Part shown: positions 10,851 through 23,019 of the stretch, piece after piece
Numbering within the stretch: position 1 is the stretch's first letter
Layout of the letters: the number at the start of each line of letters is the position of its first letter
Source: Mobula hypostoma
Taxonomy: Eukaryota
Length of the DNA: 64,000 nucleotides
Assembly: GCF_963921235.1 (NCBI RefSeq)
Contig: NC_086107.1
Span: 99,884,001-99,948,000, forward strand
Direction: 5' to 3'
Position numbers and translations under genes: made by a program
The notes under the pieces: generated by a model
What the model was told of the DNA's origin: nothing
The model's database searches: none
What the model saw: the letters and a program-made list of their open reading frames with translations, nothing else

Positions 10851-13800
10851 GAACCGTGTAGGTGGAAGAGTCCAATGTTCCTATGCTGGTCATTTTCTCT
10901 AAAGGAACGTAGTCGGTAAACGGGACCTCTCAGAACAGTGTAGAGACACTCTCCTCCCTCACCTCCTCCTCCTCTCCCAATCTTTGTCCCCTGTCGTTCT
11001 TGTTGTCACTCCCCACAAACCTAATTGCTGTCTCTCCCGGCAAACTCATCCCCATGACAAACCCTTCTGCTTATTATCCCATCCCCTTCATTTCATGCAC
11101 CCTCCTTCCTCTCACTCTGCATTTCCCTCCATCATTCCTTCTCGCTCTCCTGTCACACTCCCCCACTCTTTCCCTCCCAGTGACATGCTCTGTCCACACT
11201 ATCCCTTCTTGTTGTTTCATTTCTCCATAATCCCTCAGTCCCGCTCCCCTCAATTCCGTCTTCCCCACTCTCCCAACATACCTGTATTTTTCTTTAGTGC
11301 AGCTTCTCCCCGCCCCCCAGTCTCCATAAACAATGAACTTTGAACGTTGAATTGCATTAATCTTTAGTCGAAGAGCCACAAAGTAATACAGCATGGAAAA
11401 ATGGGCCCTTTGTCCCATCCCGTCCACGCTGAACAAGGTGCTAGCCCCTGCTTGCCTGCATTTGGCCCATATTCTTCTAAATCTTTCCAGTCCCCGTACT
11501 TGTACAAATGTCTTCCGAAGCCTATGGACCCTCTGCCTTTAGTTACTCGTGGATTATTTCCTAACACATGGCCTGGTTCCGAGGATCGCACAGCAGGAAC
11601 TGACAGGATGCCCAGTCCCTCCACCTTCCTGCTAATCCCTCCACATAAACCCTCACTGCCCCTGCATCAAAATAGAAACATTAGGCAATAAAATGGGAAG
11701 GAAATGAAGATTCTCATTTTCCACCCCCAGCTGGTCATCCCAGCCTTGGGTCACCTGGTCAGTAGCTTCTTGGCATCCTCCTCCTCCTCCTCACTGAGTA
11801 GGCCTTCTGTGAGGTCCTTTCTGCATTGGCTGTCTGATCGGTGGTCCCCTCAGTTCCGATGCTCCTTTCTTTGGTGGGCTCGCCTTCCTGACCTTTCAGC
11901 TCCTTGAGCCGGCTTTTGATCCAACTCACGCTGAAAGGAGCCCCACCTATCCTTCCACCTTCCATCCCATCATTGACTCTTGCACAATTAAAGTACACAG
12001 AGAAGCAAAATAATGCTGATACTAGAAATGTTATTTTTATTATAGAGAGATACAACACAATAACAGGACCTTCCAGCCCAATAAGCCTGCGCCACCCGAT
12101 GACACTCATGTGACCAATTAACCCACTAATCGTACGTCTTTCTGGAATGTGGGAGGAAACTGGAGTACTTGGAGGAAACCTACATGGTCACAGGGAGAAT
12201 GTACAAGTAGACATCCCCCCCCCTGCAAAAACTCATTTCAGGGAGGTAGCACCATCAAATTGCGGGAGACTCCCGGAACTTTCAGGAGAGGTGGGATGTC
12301 TGTACAAGCCCCTTACAGACAGTGGAGGAGTTGAACCCGGTAGCTGGTGCTACATGACTGTGCTGCCCTAAACTGAAACAAAGGGGAATTGGAAGGGCTC
12401 TTGAGAGAGTGAGGAGGGAGAGGCATTAATGGGAGAGAAGGGATGGGCAGTTGAAGCTAGCAGGGCTACAGGGACAGAGCTGGAAAAGAGATGATGAGTT
12501 TGCCTAAATAGGGCCAGCACAGCCTTAAGTAGCATCTTCTCTACTGTTAACCATTCTTTGCCAGAAACACTCAGCAGGTAGGCAATATCTGTAGAAAGAG
12601 AGGCATGGGTGATGCTTCAACTCAATAATCTGACATCATTATTGGAAAAGAGAAAGGATATCACCTCAGAAAAGAAGGATGCCCCTCTAGAACGGTGATG
12701 AGGGGGAATTTCTTCGCCAGAGGGTAGTGGATTTGTGAAATTCATTGCACAGGTGGCTGTGGAGGCCAAGTCATTGGGTACGTGTAAAGCAGAGGTTGAT
12801 AGGTTCTTGATTAGTAAGGGTATCAAAGGTGTGAGAGAGAAAGCAGGAGAATAGGGTTTAGAATGATAATAAATCAGTCATAATGGAAAGGTAGAGCAGA
12901 CTCAATGGGCTGAATGGCCTAATTCTGGTCATAAAACAGACGTTAAGCTGCATAGTGAGAAGGCAAGGAGACTACAAAAGGGATTTTTTTTAGCATATTG
13001 GAAGATATGACAAAAACAACTGTAAGGAAAAAAAAGCAAATTAAAAAAAGATAAAGGATCTATTTACCAGATAGGTAAATGTGTGAACCCGAATCACTGT
13101 CTAAAATTAGCACAGGAAATCACTGTTGACACCATAAGTTAGAAGAGAAACACTCAGTTTTCAGAAGTCAAGGTTATAATATGCCTAATCATAAAATGAG
13201 AACTGTTCCTTGAACTCGGTTGTGCTTTGTAGAGGAAGAGGATGGAGTGGGAGGCAGGAAGAGATTCAAAGTGAGAGTGGATCAAAAGTTAAGGGTTACT
13301 GTTCAGCCTGAATAGTGGTGTTTTGTGAAATGGTCACCAAGTCTGCACTTGTTCTCCCCGGAAGGGAGGGAACTACATTTTGAGCAGCAAACCTAAATGC
13401 TGAGTTAGAAGTTCAAATTATTTACTAATCGTGTGGAAAGGCTTGTAGAAGCATGGAAGGGAGTGGGTAAAAGAGAAAGGGGGCAAGTACGGGAAGAGAG
13501 AACCCGAACTCCCTGATGCTGAAAGGTAATGCCGGATGGAAGACGTATCTCAAGGAGAGCTACAGAAGGAAGCTATGGAATCAGAACAGATGTGACATAA
13601 CCACTGGAAGCAGGGTGGGAGGCAGTGTGACCCTGATAGCTGTGGGAGTTGGTGGGCTGCGGAGAACACAGGACGATGGCTTATTGTCAACACACATCAG
13701 AGATGGACCAAAGTTGAAGAGTGGCAGCGAAGATGAAGATATTTTCTGGTTCAGAGCAAGAGTGGGAGGTTTCACTCATATAGTGAAAAATAAAGTGGGA

Positions 13801-16800
13801 AAAGGGATCTGAATAGGGCTGAATAGAAAAAACAAGTTCCTCAAATTCCACCAACGGTAGGAGTTGGCAAAGCCTAAATAGATTCATGCAGATCAGATCA
13901 GCAGACTAGGCAGCATCTGTGTGGCAAGATTTGAACTAAAATATAATTACAATTTGCTCTTTTTTTTACCAGAAATGGCCAGTTATGACCCAGGCTAGAA
14001 AGGATACTATCTGAAGTCGTTGAGTCCTGATGTGTGTATGGTGATTAGTTGAGGTGCTGTTGCTCAAACTTTCCTTGGGTATGTTTGGAACAATAGAGTG
14101 TTCAGAGTGACAGTAGGATGGATAATAAAAGTAATAAGCAATTGAAAGCTCAGGATTACCCTTGCAGCTTGAACTGAACAGTCCTACAATGGTCGCCTAT
14201 TCTTCATTTGGTTTCTCCCTTGTAGAAGAGACTACATTGTGAGCACCTACTGCATTGGAAGAATTTTACTGTGTCATAATGTGATCTCTTCAAAAACATC
14301 GTCTAGATTTGTGTTTGGCTTCCTGTATGGTGACAAAGGAAGAGGTATAAGGGCAGGCATTGTATCTGCTGTGGGATGGAGTATGGATATTGGGGTTGGT
14401 AGAACACTGAATTAAGGAGTACCTTTAGATGTTGAAAAGGGAAGGAAAGATGTGTTCCATAGTAGCATCTCATTGAGGAATGGAGACAGGTGAGGATAAT
14501 ATTAGAATCAGTGTAGTTGAGATCTCAGTCAGATATAGTGGAGGGAAGCTACAGTGTGGGGCGGGGAAGGAAGACGTCAAAAGGACTGGTACAGTAAGAA
14601 CATATTATCATTGTGAAAGATGCTGGAGAAACTGGCTGTGTGAAATGAAGTTTTTATAGGAAACAGGGTGGGAGGAGTTATGTGGGCTTGTCATGTATAT
14701 TAGCCTCGAACTGATTTTCTAAGATAGAGGTGGAGACGTCAAGAAAGGGGAGGAAAGAGTTAAGGATGGATGATGTGAAAGCGAGAGGAAGGTGAAATAT
14801 AGCAGCAAACCAAGATAGCAAATAGCAGTCCTGAAGAGGGGTCTTGGCCCAAAACGTCAACTGTTTACTCATTTCCATAGATGCTGCCTGACCTGTTGAG
14901 TTCCTCCAGCATTTTGTTGGTGTTGCTGGTTGACACGACAGGAGTGCCCTGGTGTAACCTTGTCCTCATCACTAGAGATGTAAATGTCAAAAAAGGCAAA
15001 GGCTATTCAACCCCTCAGGCCTGTTATACAGTTTAAATAGATTAGGTCTGATTGGAATTCATATATAATCAGAGAGACGTAAGAGACTGCAGATGCTGGA
15101 ATCTAAAACAAAAGCAAACCACTGGAGAAGATGGACTCCTGACCTCACAGCCTACCTCATTATGGCCTTTCACCTCATTGTCTGCCTGCACTGTGCTTCC
15201 TCTATAACTGTAACACTTTATTCTGTATTCTGCTATCACCTTTCTCTTGTACTACTTCAGCATACTGATATGATGAAATGATCTGTATGGATGGCTTGGA
15301 AAATAATGTTTTTCATGCGCCTCAGTACAGGTGGCAATAATAATCCAATTTACCAAGTTGGTCTTTGCTTTTTCCAGAGCAATATCATCAGAACTGCAGG
15401 GCAATAGAGGTCACTCAGCCCCTTAAAACTATTCCAGTCACCACCTCCTTATATTGAACTCTTAACCTCTCGAAATGCTTTTGAATTAGGAGGACATTTG
15501 AATATTTCATGATCAGCAATGGAGATCCAATTGCAAGGACTGTCATTCCCCATTCCTGACCAAGAACACTTGAGGAAAGAGCTCCAAATTTCTAATCATT
15601 TCAGTGTGAAGCACTTCCTGAACAGCCTACTGTAACTTTGTTATAACTTTTTGTTCTGGACTCGTCCATCATGGTCTCTTTCCATTAACCATACTACTTC
15701 TCTGAACAACTTAATTAGATCACCCGGTAATCAAAAAGCCTGTTTCAACCTCTAAGCCTCCTGCTGCTAGGATCTAGGGTTAGCACAGCACTGGCCAGCA
15801 ACTTTGTGCCCAGGTCTAACACCAGTAAGTTGCTAGCCAAGCCACAAAGAGCTGAGGGGAATCCCACCCTCCATCCAAACCCCAGGGCGGCGGCAGAGTC
15901 CCAAATAGCATTTCTGTTATATCTTTATTCAACTTCTGAATAATAGGACTAACTGTGATCACATGTCGTGGACAGTGAGATCAGGGTAGCAGACTGATGG
16001 ACAGTGCAATCAAGCGGAAAAGTCATAAGTGTTTTAAACAGAGAAAGTGGAGAATTCTACAGCTGGGTGGTTTGAAAGAGCAATCAAATTTGGGGAGCAT
16101 CAGAGGACTAAGTTAGGGTATGGCTGCTTGGTAAAATCAAAGCAGAAACGTAGTTTGAAATGTTCAGGTGAAGGATGGGAATTGCAGGGCAGTAGCTCAA
16201 GGGGAAATGATTCAAGGAGTTGCCAAGGGCAACAGAAAAAATGGGTGGGTTCAAGGAATGTGCTCAGGAAGTTCTGGATCATTAGCCCATCCAAGAAACC
16301 TCCACAGCTTCTTAGATTGTCTGAAGCAGCAAAATGAGAGACATTTTGTGCACAGGGGCTCCCAGTAAGATGAGCAGTGAGGTAATAGCCTCATTGCCAC
16401 AACCAGTTTGGCAGAGTGGGCATCCAGTCACCACAAGCTGGTGGACAAGGCATGCTCGTCCTAAGGCAGCAATGTGGCACTCACAATTTTGGGTAAGGCT
16501 TCTCTGTTGACGTCCGGCTGAGAACAAACGAGGTGGGATGCTGGTGGGACTGGAGCCAGACCCAGCAAGAAGAGAGGCTCCCTGTTGTTTCATTGCCACC
16601 CTCTCTCCCGAGATGCAGGTCTGAGGGCGGGCTATTTTGTTGCACACAAACAAACGAATTGCGAAACATTTTTATCGATTCTGCAGATCAGGAGTGGGAA
16701 ACAAAATATTGTGACATAATATGGAGAGACGTGCAGGCTGTTCTTTCTACAGAAGAAGACAGCTTTAATTGAGGTTATGAAAATATTTTGAGTAAATAGG

Positions 16801-16859
16801 GAGTAAATATTCTTACATCCATATGCCAAGCTAACAGACTCCAAACATCCCTATTGTAT

Positions 16860-17487
16860 CAGTCTCTATTGCCAATCCCAGCAATGTATTTCAGGTACCT
16901 ACCTCTCTCTATAAAAGAAAAACCTACCTCTGACATTCCCCAAACTTTTCTCCACTCACCTTGAATGGATATCTTTGGGTGTTGGTCTTTGCCACCCTGG
17001 GGTAAAGGGACTGTCTGCCCACTCTATCTATGCCTCTCATATTGTTATCAAGTCACCTCTCAGCCCCCTTTGCTCTAAAGAGAAAGGGTAGCATCCTGGT
17101 AAATCTCCTTTCACCCTCCCCAAAGCTTCCACATCCTTCCTATACTGAAGTCACCAGAACTGAGCACAATACTCTTAAGTGTGGTCTAACCTGAGTTTTA
17201 TAGAGTTGCAACGTTATCTCACAGCTCTTGAACGCGATCTCCCAACTAATGAAGGTCAATACACCTGCTTAACCACCCTATCAACTTGCACAGCAAATTT
17301 GAGGGGTCTATGGACGTGGACCCCAAGGTCCCTCTGTTTCTCCACACTGCCAAGAACACCACCCTTAACCTTGTACTGCATCTTTAAGTTCAATCTTCCA
17401 GGGACTATTACTCCACACTTTTCTGGATTGAACTCCATCTGCCACTTTTCTGCCCAGCTCCGCACCCTGTCTATATCCCGCTGTAGC
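16860..17487 (-). mobile_element. CR1 LINE 3' fragment
   Basis: WAEKWQMEFNPEKC...VEKQRDLGVHV, the C-terminal RT region of CR1. Confidence 0.85.
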
Positions 17488-17667
17488 CTCCCACCCAAAT
17501 GCCTTTTAAATGTTTCTGACTCTGCCACCTCATGTGGCAGCTCATTCCATCTATTCACCACCCTTGTGTGAAAAATATCTTGCTCAGGTCTCCTTTAAAT
17601 TTTTCCTGTGTCACCTTAACTCTATGCCCTTTAGCTAGTTGCTCAGCTCTTAAAGGTACACTCCAGC

Positions 17668-18590
17668 TTTAAGTTCCTTGGCATAAACATCACCGAGGAT
17701 CTCACGTAGTCTGTACATACTGGCTGTGTGGTGAAAAAGCACAACAGTGGGCACGTGGCCAAGTGGTTAAGGCATTGGACTAGCTACCTGAAGGTCATGA
17801 GTTTGAGCCCCAGTCGAGGGGACGTGTTGTGTCCTTGAGCAAAGCACTTAATCACACAGTGTTCTGCGACGACACCGGTGCCAAGCTGTATGGGTCCTAA
17901 TGCCCTTCCCTTGGACAACATCGGTGTCGTGGAGAGGGGAGACTTGCAGCATGGGCAATTGCTGGTCTTCCATACAACCTTGCCCAGGCCTGCGCCCTGG
18001 AGAGCGAAGACTTTCCAGGCGCAGATCCGTGGTCTCGCAAGACTAACGGATGCCTCTTTCACCTCAAACAGTTGAAGAAGTTTGGTATGAGCTCCCAAAT
18101 CCTAAGAACTTTCCACAGGGGCACAATTGAGAGCATCCTGACTGTCTGCATCACTGCCTGGTATGGGAACTGTACCTCCCTCAATCGCAGGACTCTGCAG
18201 AGAGTGGTGCGGACAGCCCAGCACATCTGTAGATGTGAACTTCCCATGATTCAGGACATTTACAAAGACAGGTATGTAAAAAGGCCCTGAAGGATCTTTG
18301 GAGACCTGAGTCACCCCAACCGCAAACTGTTCCAGCTGCTACCATCCGGGAAACGGTACCACAGCATAAAAGCCAGGGCCAACAGGCTCCGGGAAGTTTC
18401 TTCCACCAGACCATCAGACTGATTAATTCATGCTGACATAACTGTATTTCTATGTTATATTGACTATCCTCTTATACATACTATTTATTATAAATTACTA
18501 TAATTGCACATTGTACATTTAGACAGAGGTGTATTGTAAATATTTTTGCTGCTCATGTATATGAAGGATGCAAGTCATAAAGTCAATTCC
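17668..18590 (+). mobile_element. Rex1/Babar-type LINE 3' fragment, interrupted by a SINE
   Basis: IESILTVCITAWYGNC...LQRVVRTAQHI motif followed by an AT-rich 3' UTR. Confidence 0.8.
17749..18056 (+). mobile_element. tRNA-derived SINE
   Basis: GGGCACGTGGCCAAGTGGTTAAGG A box, followed by a B-box-like motif; near-identical inverted copy at 31099-31404. Confidence 0.85.
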
Positions 18591-19139
18591 ACATGACAAC
18601 TAGACACCATCCGTTACAACTGCCAGTCCAAGCTCCCCCAGGAGTCTGGAGGCCGCTGTCTCTTTGGAAGCTGTAAGGGCTCAACAACAATCCTGTCACG
18701 GAGCTGACTGGCTCAGGTGAGTGGCAGACAGAGCCTGCACTGCGTTGCATCCACCACACGAGCAGCTTGAAGCTCTTCAGGAGCAGTAACAAACCATCCG
18801 TGCCTCCCTTCACTCTGAATCCATTTGATTCAGTTCATTGCCCCTCATGCGCAGATTGCAGTCCCGTCTGGAAATTAGGATGCTATGTGTGACGGGAATG
18901 CTCCTCCCAGTACGTGCAGGGATAGAGCCCGTGAGTGCTCACTGTTCCCACACGCACACAAATTCATGTTAGCAGGACACAGATCCAGCGTGAGCAAACA
19001 TGCCGGGTAACTCTCCTGCTCGATCAAAAATACAGCACCCAGTTTCTATTTCCATTTACATCACAGTGAATTATAATACATCAGAGTGACATATTCCCTT
19101 CCACCTCCATTCACACTTCTCTTCCTTGTGAGCGGTCAT

Positions 19140-19516
19140 GCACAGATTGCTTGAGCTGTCTGTAGTGAGCAGAGTCACGCGTAGATTGCACGAGATGTCA
19201 CTAGTGAGCAGAGTCACATGTAGATTGCACGCGACGTCTCTAGTGAGCAGAGTCATACGTAGATTGCACGAGCTGTGGCTATTGAGCAGAGTCACTCGTG
19301 GATTGCACGAGCTGTCTCTAGTGAGCAGAGTCACGCGTAGATTGCACGAGCTGTCTCTAGTGAGCAGAGTCATGCGTAGATTGCACGAGCTGTCTCTAGT
19401 GAGCAGAGTCACGCGTAGATTGCACGAGCTGTCTCTAGTGAGCAGAGTCATGCGTAGATTGCACGAGATGTCTCTAGTGAGCAGAGTCATGCGTAGATTG
19501 CACGAGATGTCTCTAG
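19140..19516. repeat. 39-bp tandem repeat (about 9.5 copies)
   Basis: Unit agtgagcagagtcacgcgtagattgcacgagctgtctct; 13-aa periodicity in ORF 19138..19548. Confidence 0.97.
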
Positions 19517-21635
19517 AAGGAACCGTCGAGATAGCAGGATCCAGATGAAGGGTCATGCCAAAAAAAGTTGACTGCCCACCTCCCTCCATAGGTGACAGCA
19601 TCTTGAGCCTCTTGTGTCTCCAGGGACCAGACAGATACCTGTCAGGTGTCTCAGCTCTGGATGGTGAAACATCAGTAGGGCAGTGTGAGTGCCAACAGGA
19701 TTGTCATCCAATGCCCAATGGAGTCACTTGGTGTCCAGGTTCAGGACCTCGATGCATCCTCCTTGAGGGCACCATTTCACCTCCCACAGCTCTTGAGCAG
19801 CACCCTTGCCCATGCCTCACATCCAGACACACAAAGTTTCTCCTTCAGTTGGCCCAGGGCAGCTATCTGAGGCTGTCAAGGTTTTGTGGGTCATCGCGGA
19901 TATCTGCTAGGACACAAAGTGAATGGAAAGAGCCAGACTGCAGGGGACCCTGGGATTCGGACATCAAAACCACAATTAAGGTCGTGAAGTGGAGTTAATG
20001 TTTTGGATAAATGCCAGTATTTTCCATTTTTATGTATTCCAACATCGAGGGAACAGGCCTGGGTTCTATTTCTGTGCTGTAATGTTGCAATAGTTGTTCT
20101 ATAGCTGTGTTACTAGGGCTAGGGCAGTTGAACTGATCTAACTGTGGGACGACCATCTCTTTGAATTTACCACTGCAGCAGATGGAAGTGGGGAAAAGTT
20201 GGCTCTGCAACTGCAGTTTTTATCAGATGCAGACAACAGTTGGGCAAAGGGCTCAATTGATTGATTGCCTAGTTACTGGTGTGTGGGTAGTAAGCACGTC
20301 AGCTTGCTTGAAGTCAACAAGGCAGATTAGTCTAGGTAGGAAGCCAAGGGCAATTCTCATAAATTGTAACGAGAAACCTTTATTTTCTCCAACACATTTA
20401 TTGGGAAGGAATAGATTACTGAATATGTTCACTACTAATTAAAGTTACCCCAATTTAACCCTAGCCTAGTGACCAATTAGCTTATCAACTGCTACGGCTT
20501 CGGACTGCAGGAGGAAACCAGAGCACCTGGAGGAAACACTCGTGTTTAAGGGGAGAACCTGCAAACTCCTTACCAACAGCATTGGGAGTGCGGCTGGGTT
20601 CAAATCCCTCCATGCTCTCGCACCTCCATCGTCCACCATCAAACCTCGTCACCACCAATGTTCCCTCTGAGGTGTGCGCGTGGGCGCGTGCACACCCCTT
20701 TTGCTGGCAGCGCACAACGGAATTTAAACTGCGCACAAAAGTTTGTCACCCTCTACCTCATCGGCACGTTAAGTATATTTCATAATCGTACACAATCACA
20801 TTTCCGTTCCCTGATGCGTACGGTGTTGACAACGTGGAGTTTGTGATGAATTGTCTGCAGATTTTAGAACTGGCTTATTTACACTGTTTTTATTGAAGAA
20901 ATTTTTCAGTGTGTACAAAAAATTGCACAGCAGAAGATTTTGTGCTCCTGCATCAGGCTCCTGAACTAAAGGGGCTAACTATACTCATTAAAGGACTCAA
21001 ACAACAGGAATTCTGCAGATGCTGGAAATTCGAGCAACACACATCAAAGTTGCTGGTGAATGCAGCAGGCCAGGCAGCATCTGTAGGAAGAGGTACAGTT
21101 GATGTTTCAGGCCGAGTTCACCAGCAACTTTGATGTGTGTTGTTTCATTAAAGGACTATTTATTTTGTTATTTCATGCTCGTTATTTATTGCTATTTATT
21201 TAAATCTGCATTGGCACAGCTTGTTGTTCATTGATCCTGTTTACAGTTACTGCTCTGTAAATTTGCTAAGTATGCCCGCAGGAAGAAGAATCTCAGGGTT
21301 TTACGTACAGTATGTAGTTTGATAATAAATATTATTTTGATCTTTTGAACTTTGAACCACACTGAAGCTGCCTACATATCCAGATCTTTGCATCTCCCCT
21401 TCTCCAGCCTTTTGGGGATTCCTGATTTTCCTAATTGGGCCTTAAGATCTGGATTCTTAAATGCCTTCTACCTTTTATATCTCTGCCCTTTTTTATGAAC
21501 TTGTTTTTTTTCTTTCTTTTTAAATCTTTTTATTAATTATTATTGAAAATCAACAACAGAAAAGAATACATCAAAATAAGCAAGATAACATATCCATATG
21601 TAGAGTAAAAGTTAAACTATCAACCAGGTTAAATA

Positions 21636-22149
21636 CAGACATCCCACCTCTCCTGGAACTTCCCGGACTCTCCCGCATATTAATAGTGGCTCCCTGATGG
21701 CCGCAAATTATATACAATATCACGGAAATCAATTTTTTTGACAGCGAGCGAGTGAAAAGCAAGCGAGAGCGCGCGAGTGACCACGAGAGAGAGAGAAAGA
21801 GAGCACGCCATGGCAGAGCTGTTCCAAAAAAAATATAAAACGTACGTCACCCCAGACTACCCTAAAGTGTACTCCTGCCTAATATGGGTCAAAATAATGA
21901 CAGTGTTGCTCACTGCACTGTTTGCAACACTGACTTTTCTATTGCCCATGGTGGGTTAAGACTGTAAAAGACATGTTGAGGTGAGTTTAACAGGTGTCAT
22001 TCGTTCATTAGTATAGCTAACGTCATTTAATCTAGCTGGTCAGCTGCTAAGGAGCTACTCTATTGCAGACATCCCACCTCTCCCGGGAGTCTCCCGCAAA
22101 TTGATGGTGCTACCTCCCTGAAATGAGTTTTTGCAGGGTGGGATGTCTG
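21636..22149. mobile_element. Non-autonomous DNA transposon (hAT-like MITE)
   Basis: TIRs CAGACATCCCACC / GGTGGGATGTCTG; other copies at about 12210-12302, 51763-52303, 53943-54398 and partial 57480-57750. Confidence 0.8.
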
Positions 22150-22478
22150 TAAACAGTATATCAATAATAATCAAAAAACAAAGTATTAAAGCTTTTTTTT
22201 TATGGAAAAAAGGAAAGAAGGAAAAAAAAGAACCCCTACTAACTAAAACAGAGAAAAACCCCTAAAACCCCCTGTTTTTTTAACCCAGAATCTTGCTCCT
22301 GTGAGATGTTTCCGAGCAGCTTCCTATGTTAAGAACGTGATAGAATACTGCAAAGCTTGAGGTGAAATGTTGTGGAAAGTTACTGCAGTAACTCAACCCT
22401 CCAGAAATCTCTATTGACACTGGCTGCCTGCCAAAGCAGCTTGTGACTGGAACTGGAATAAAATCAGAACTGAAACAA

Positions 22479-22632
22479 TGATTCAGCACAAAGTCAAAGC
22501 CAAAGGTTAGTCAGCAGTTTCCTGTTGACAGGACTTTGGTCCATCGTGACTCAGCAAAGTTTGCTCAGCTGCCATTGACTCAGCAGAGCAAGATTTTGAT
22601 TAGTATCGTGTTCAGCAAAGAGTGACACAGCA
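22479..22632. promoter_or_regulatory. Clustered StRE/MARE/ARE enhancer (Nrf2/Bach1-small Maf type), putative HMOX1 distal enhancer
   Basis: TGACTCAGCA at 22547 and 22576, TGATTCAGCA at 22479, TTAGTCAGCA at 22507 and TGACACAGCA at 22623, all in the same orientation within 155 bp of apparently unique sequence. Confidence 0.8.
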
Positions 22633-23019
22633 AAAATAATGCCTAGTAATCTTTGTTAAATAAAGTTGCTTAAACAGTGAAGCAATCAGAGCATATCATA
22701 TATGGGAGGGTTCTTGAACGTTGCATGCAAACATATTTGTGAGTGTATCTGTGAATGATGTGTGTGTGTGTACATGTCTGTTTCTCCCTTTGTATGTCGA
22801 TGCCTAATTTTCACTGTGCGTCCTGTGTCCACATGTTTCTTCCTCCAGTTGTTTCTGTGTAAGTGAGGGATAAGGCAGGCCAAGTAATTGAAGTGGCAAT
22901 TTAGGGAGTGGTGATCCAGTCACTACAATTCTGCTAGCTTTCAGTAAGTCCACAGGAACAGGGTGACCTTGAGGACATCAGACAGGATCTAGTTGGAGTG
23001 GACCGGATGACTCCATCTA

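Noticed and set aside
17749..17825. tRNA gene
   Set aside because: The tRNA-like head continues into a 300-bp body present in multiple copies with a TSD, so it is a SINE.
19140..19516. CRISPR-like array or repeat protein
   Set aside because: Head-to-tail units with no unique spacers in a vertebrate context; the same applies to 44815-46470.
19639..19906. Selenoprotein reading of the two in-frame TGA codons; faint resemblance of the orphan exons to AMH, TOM1 or serine proteases
   Set aside because: No SECIS identified, and the similarities are only a few residues with mismatched exon boundaries.
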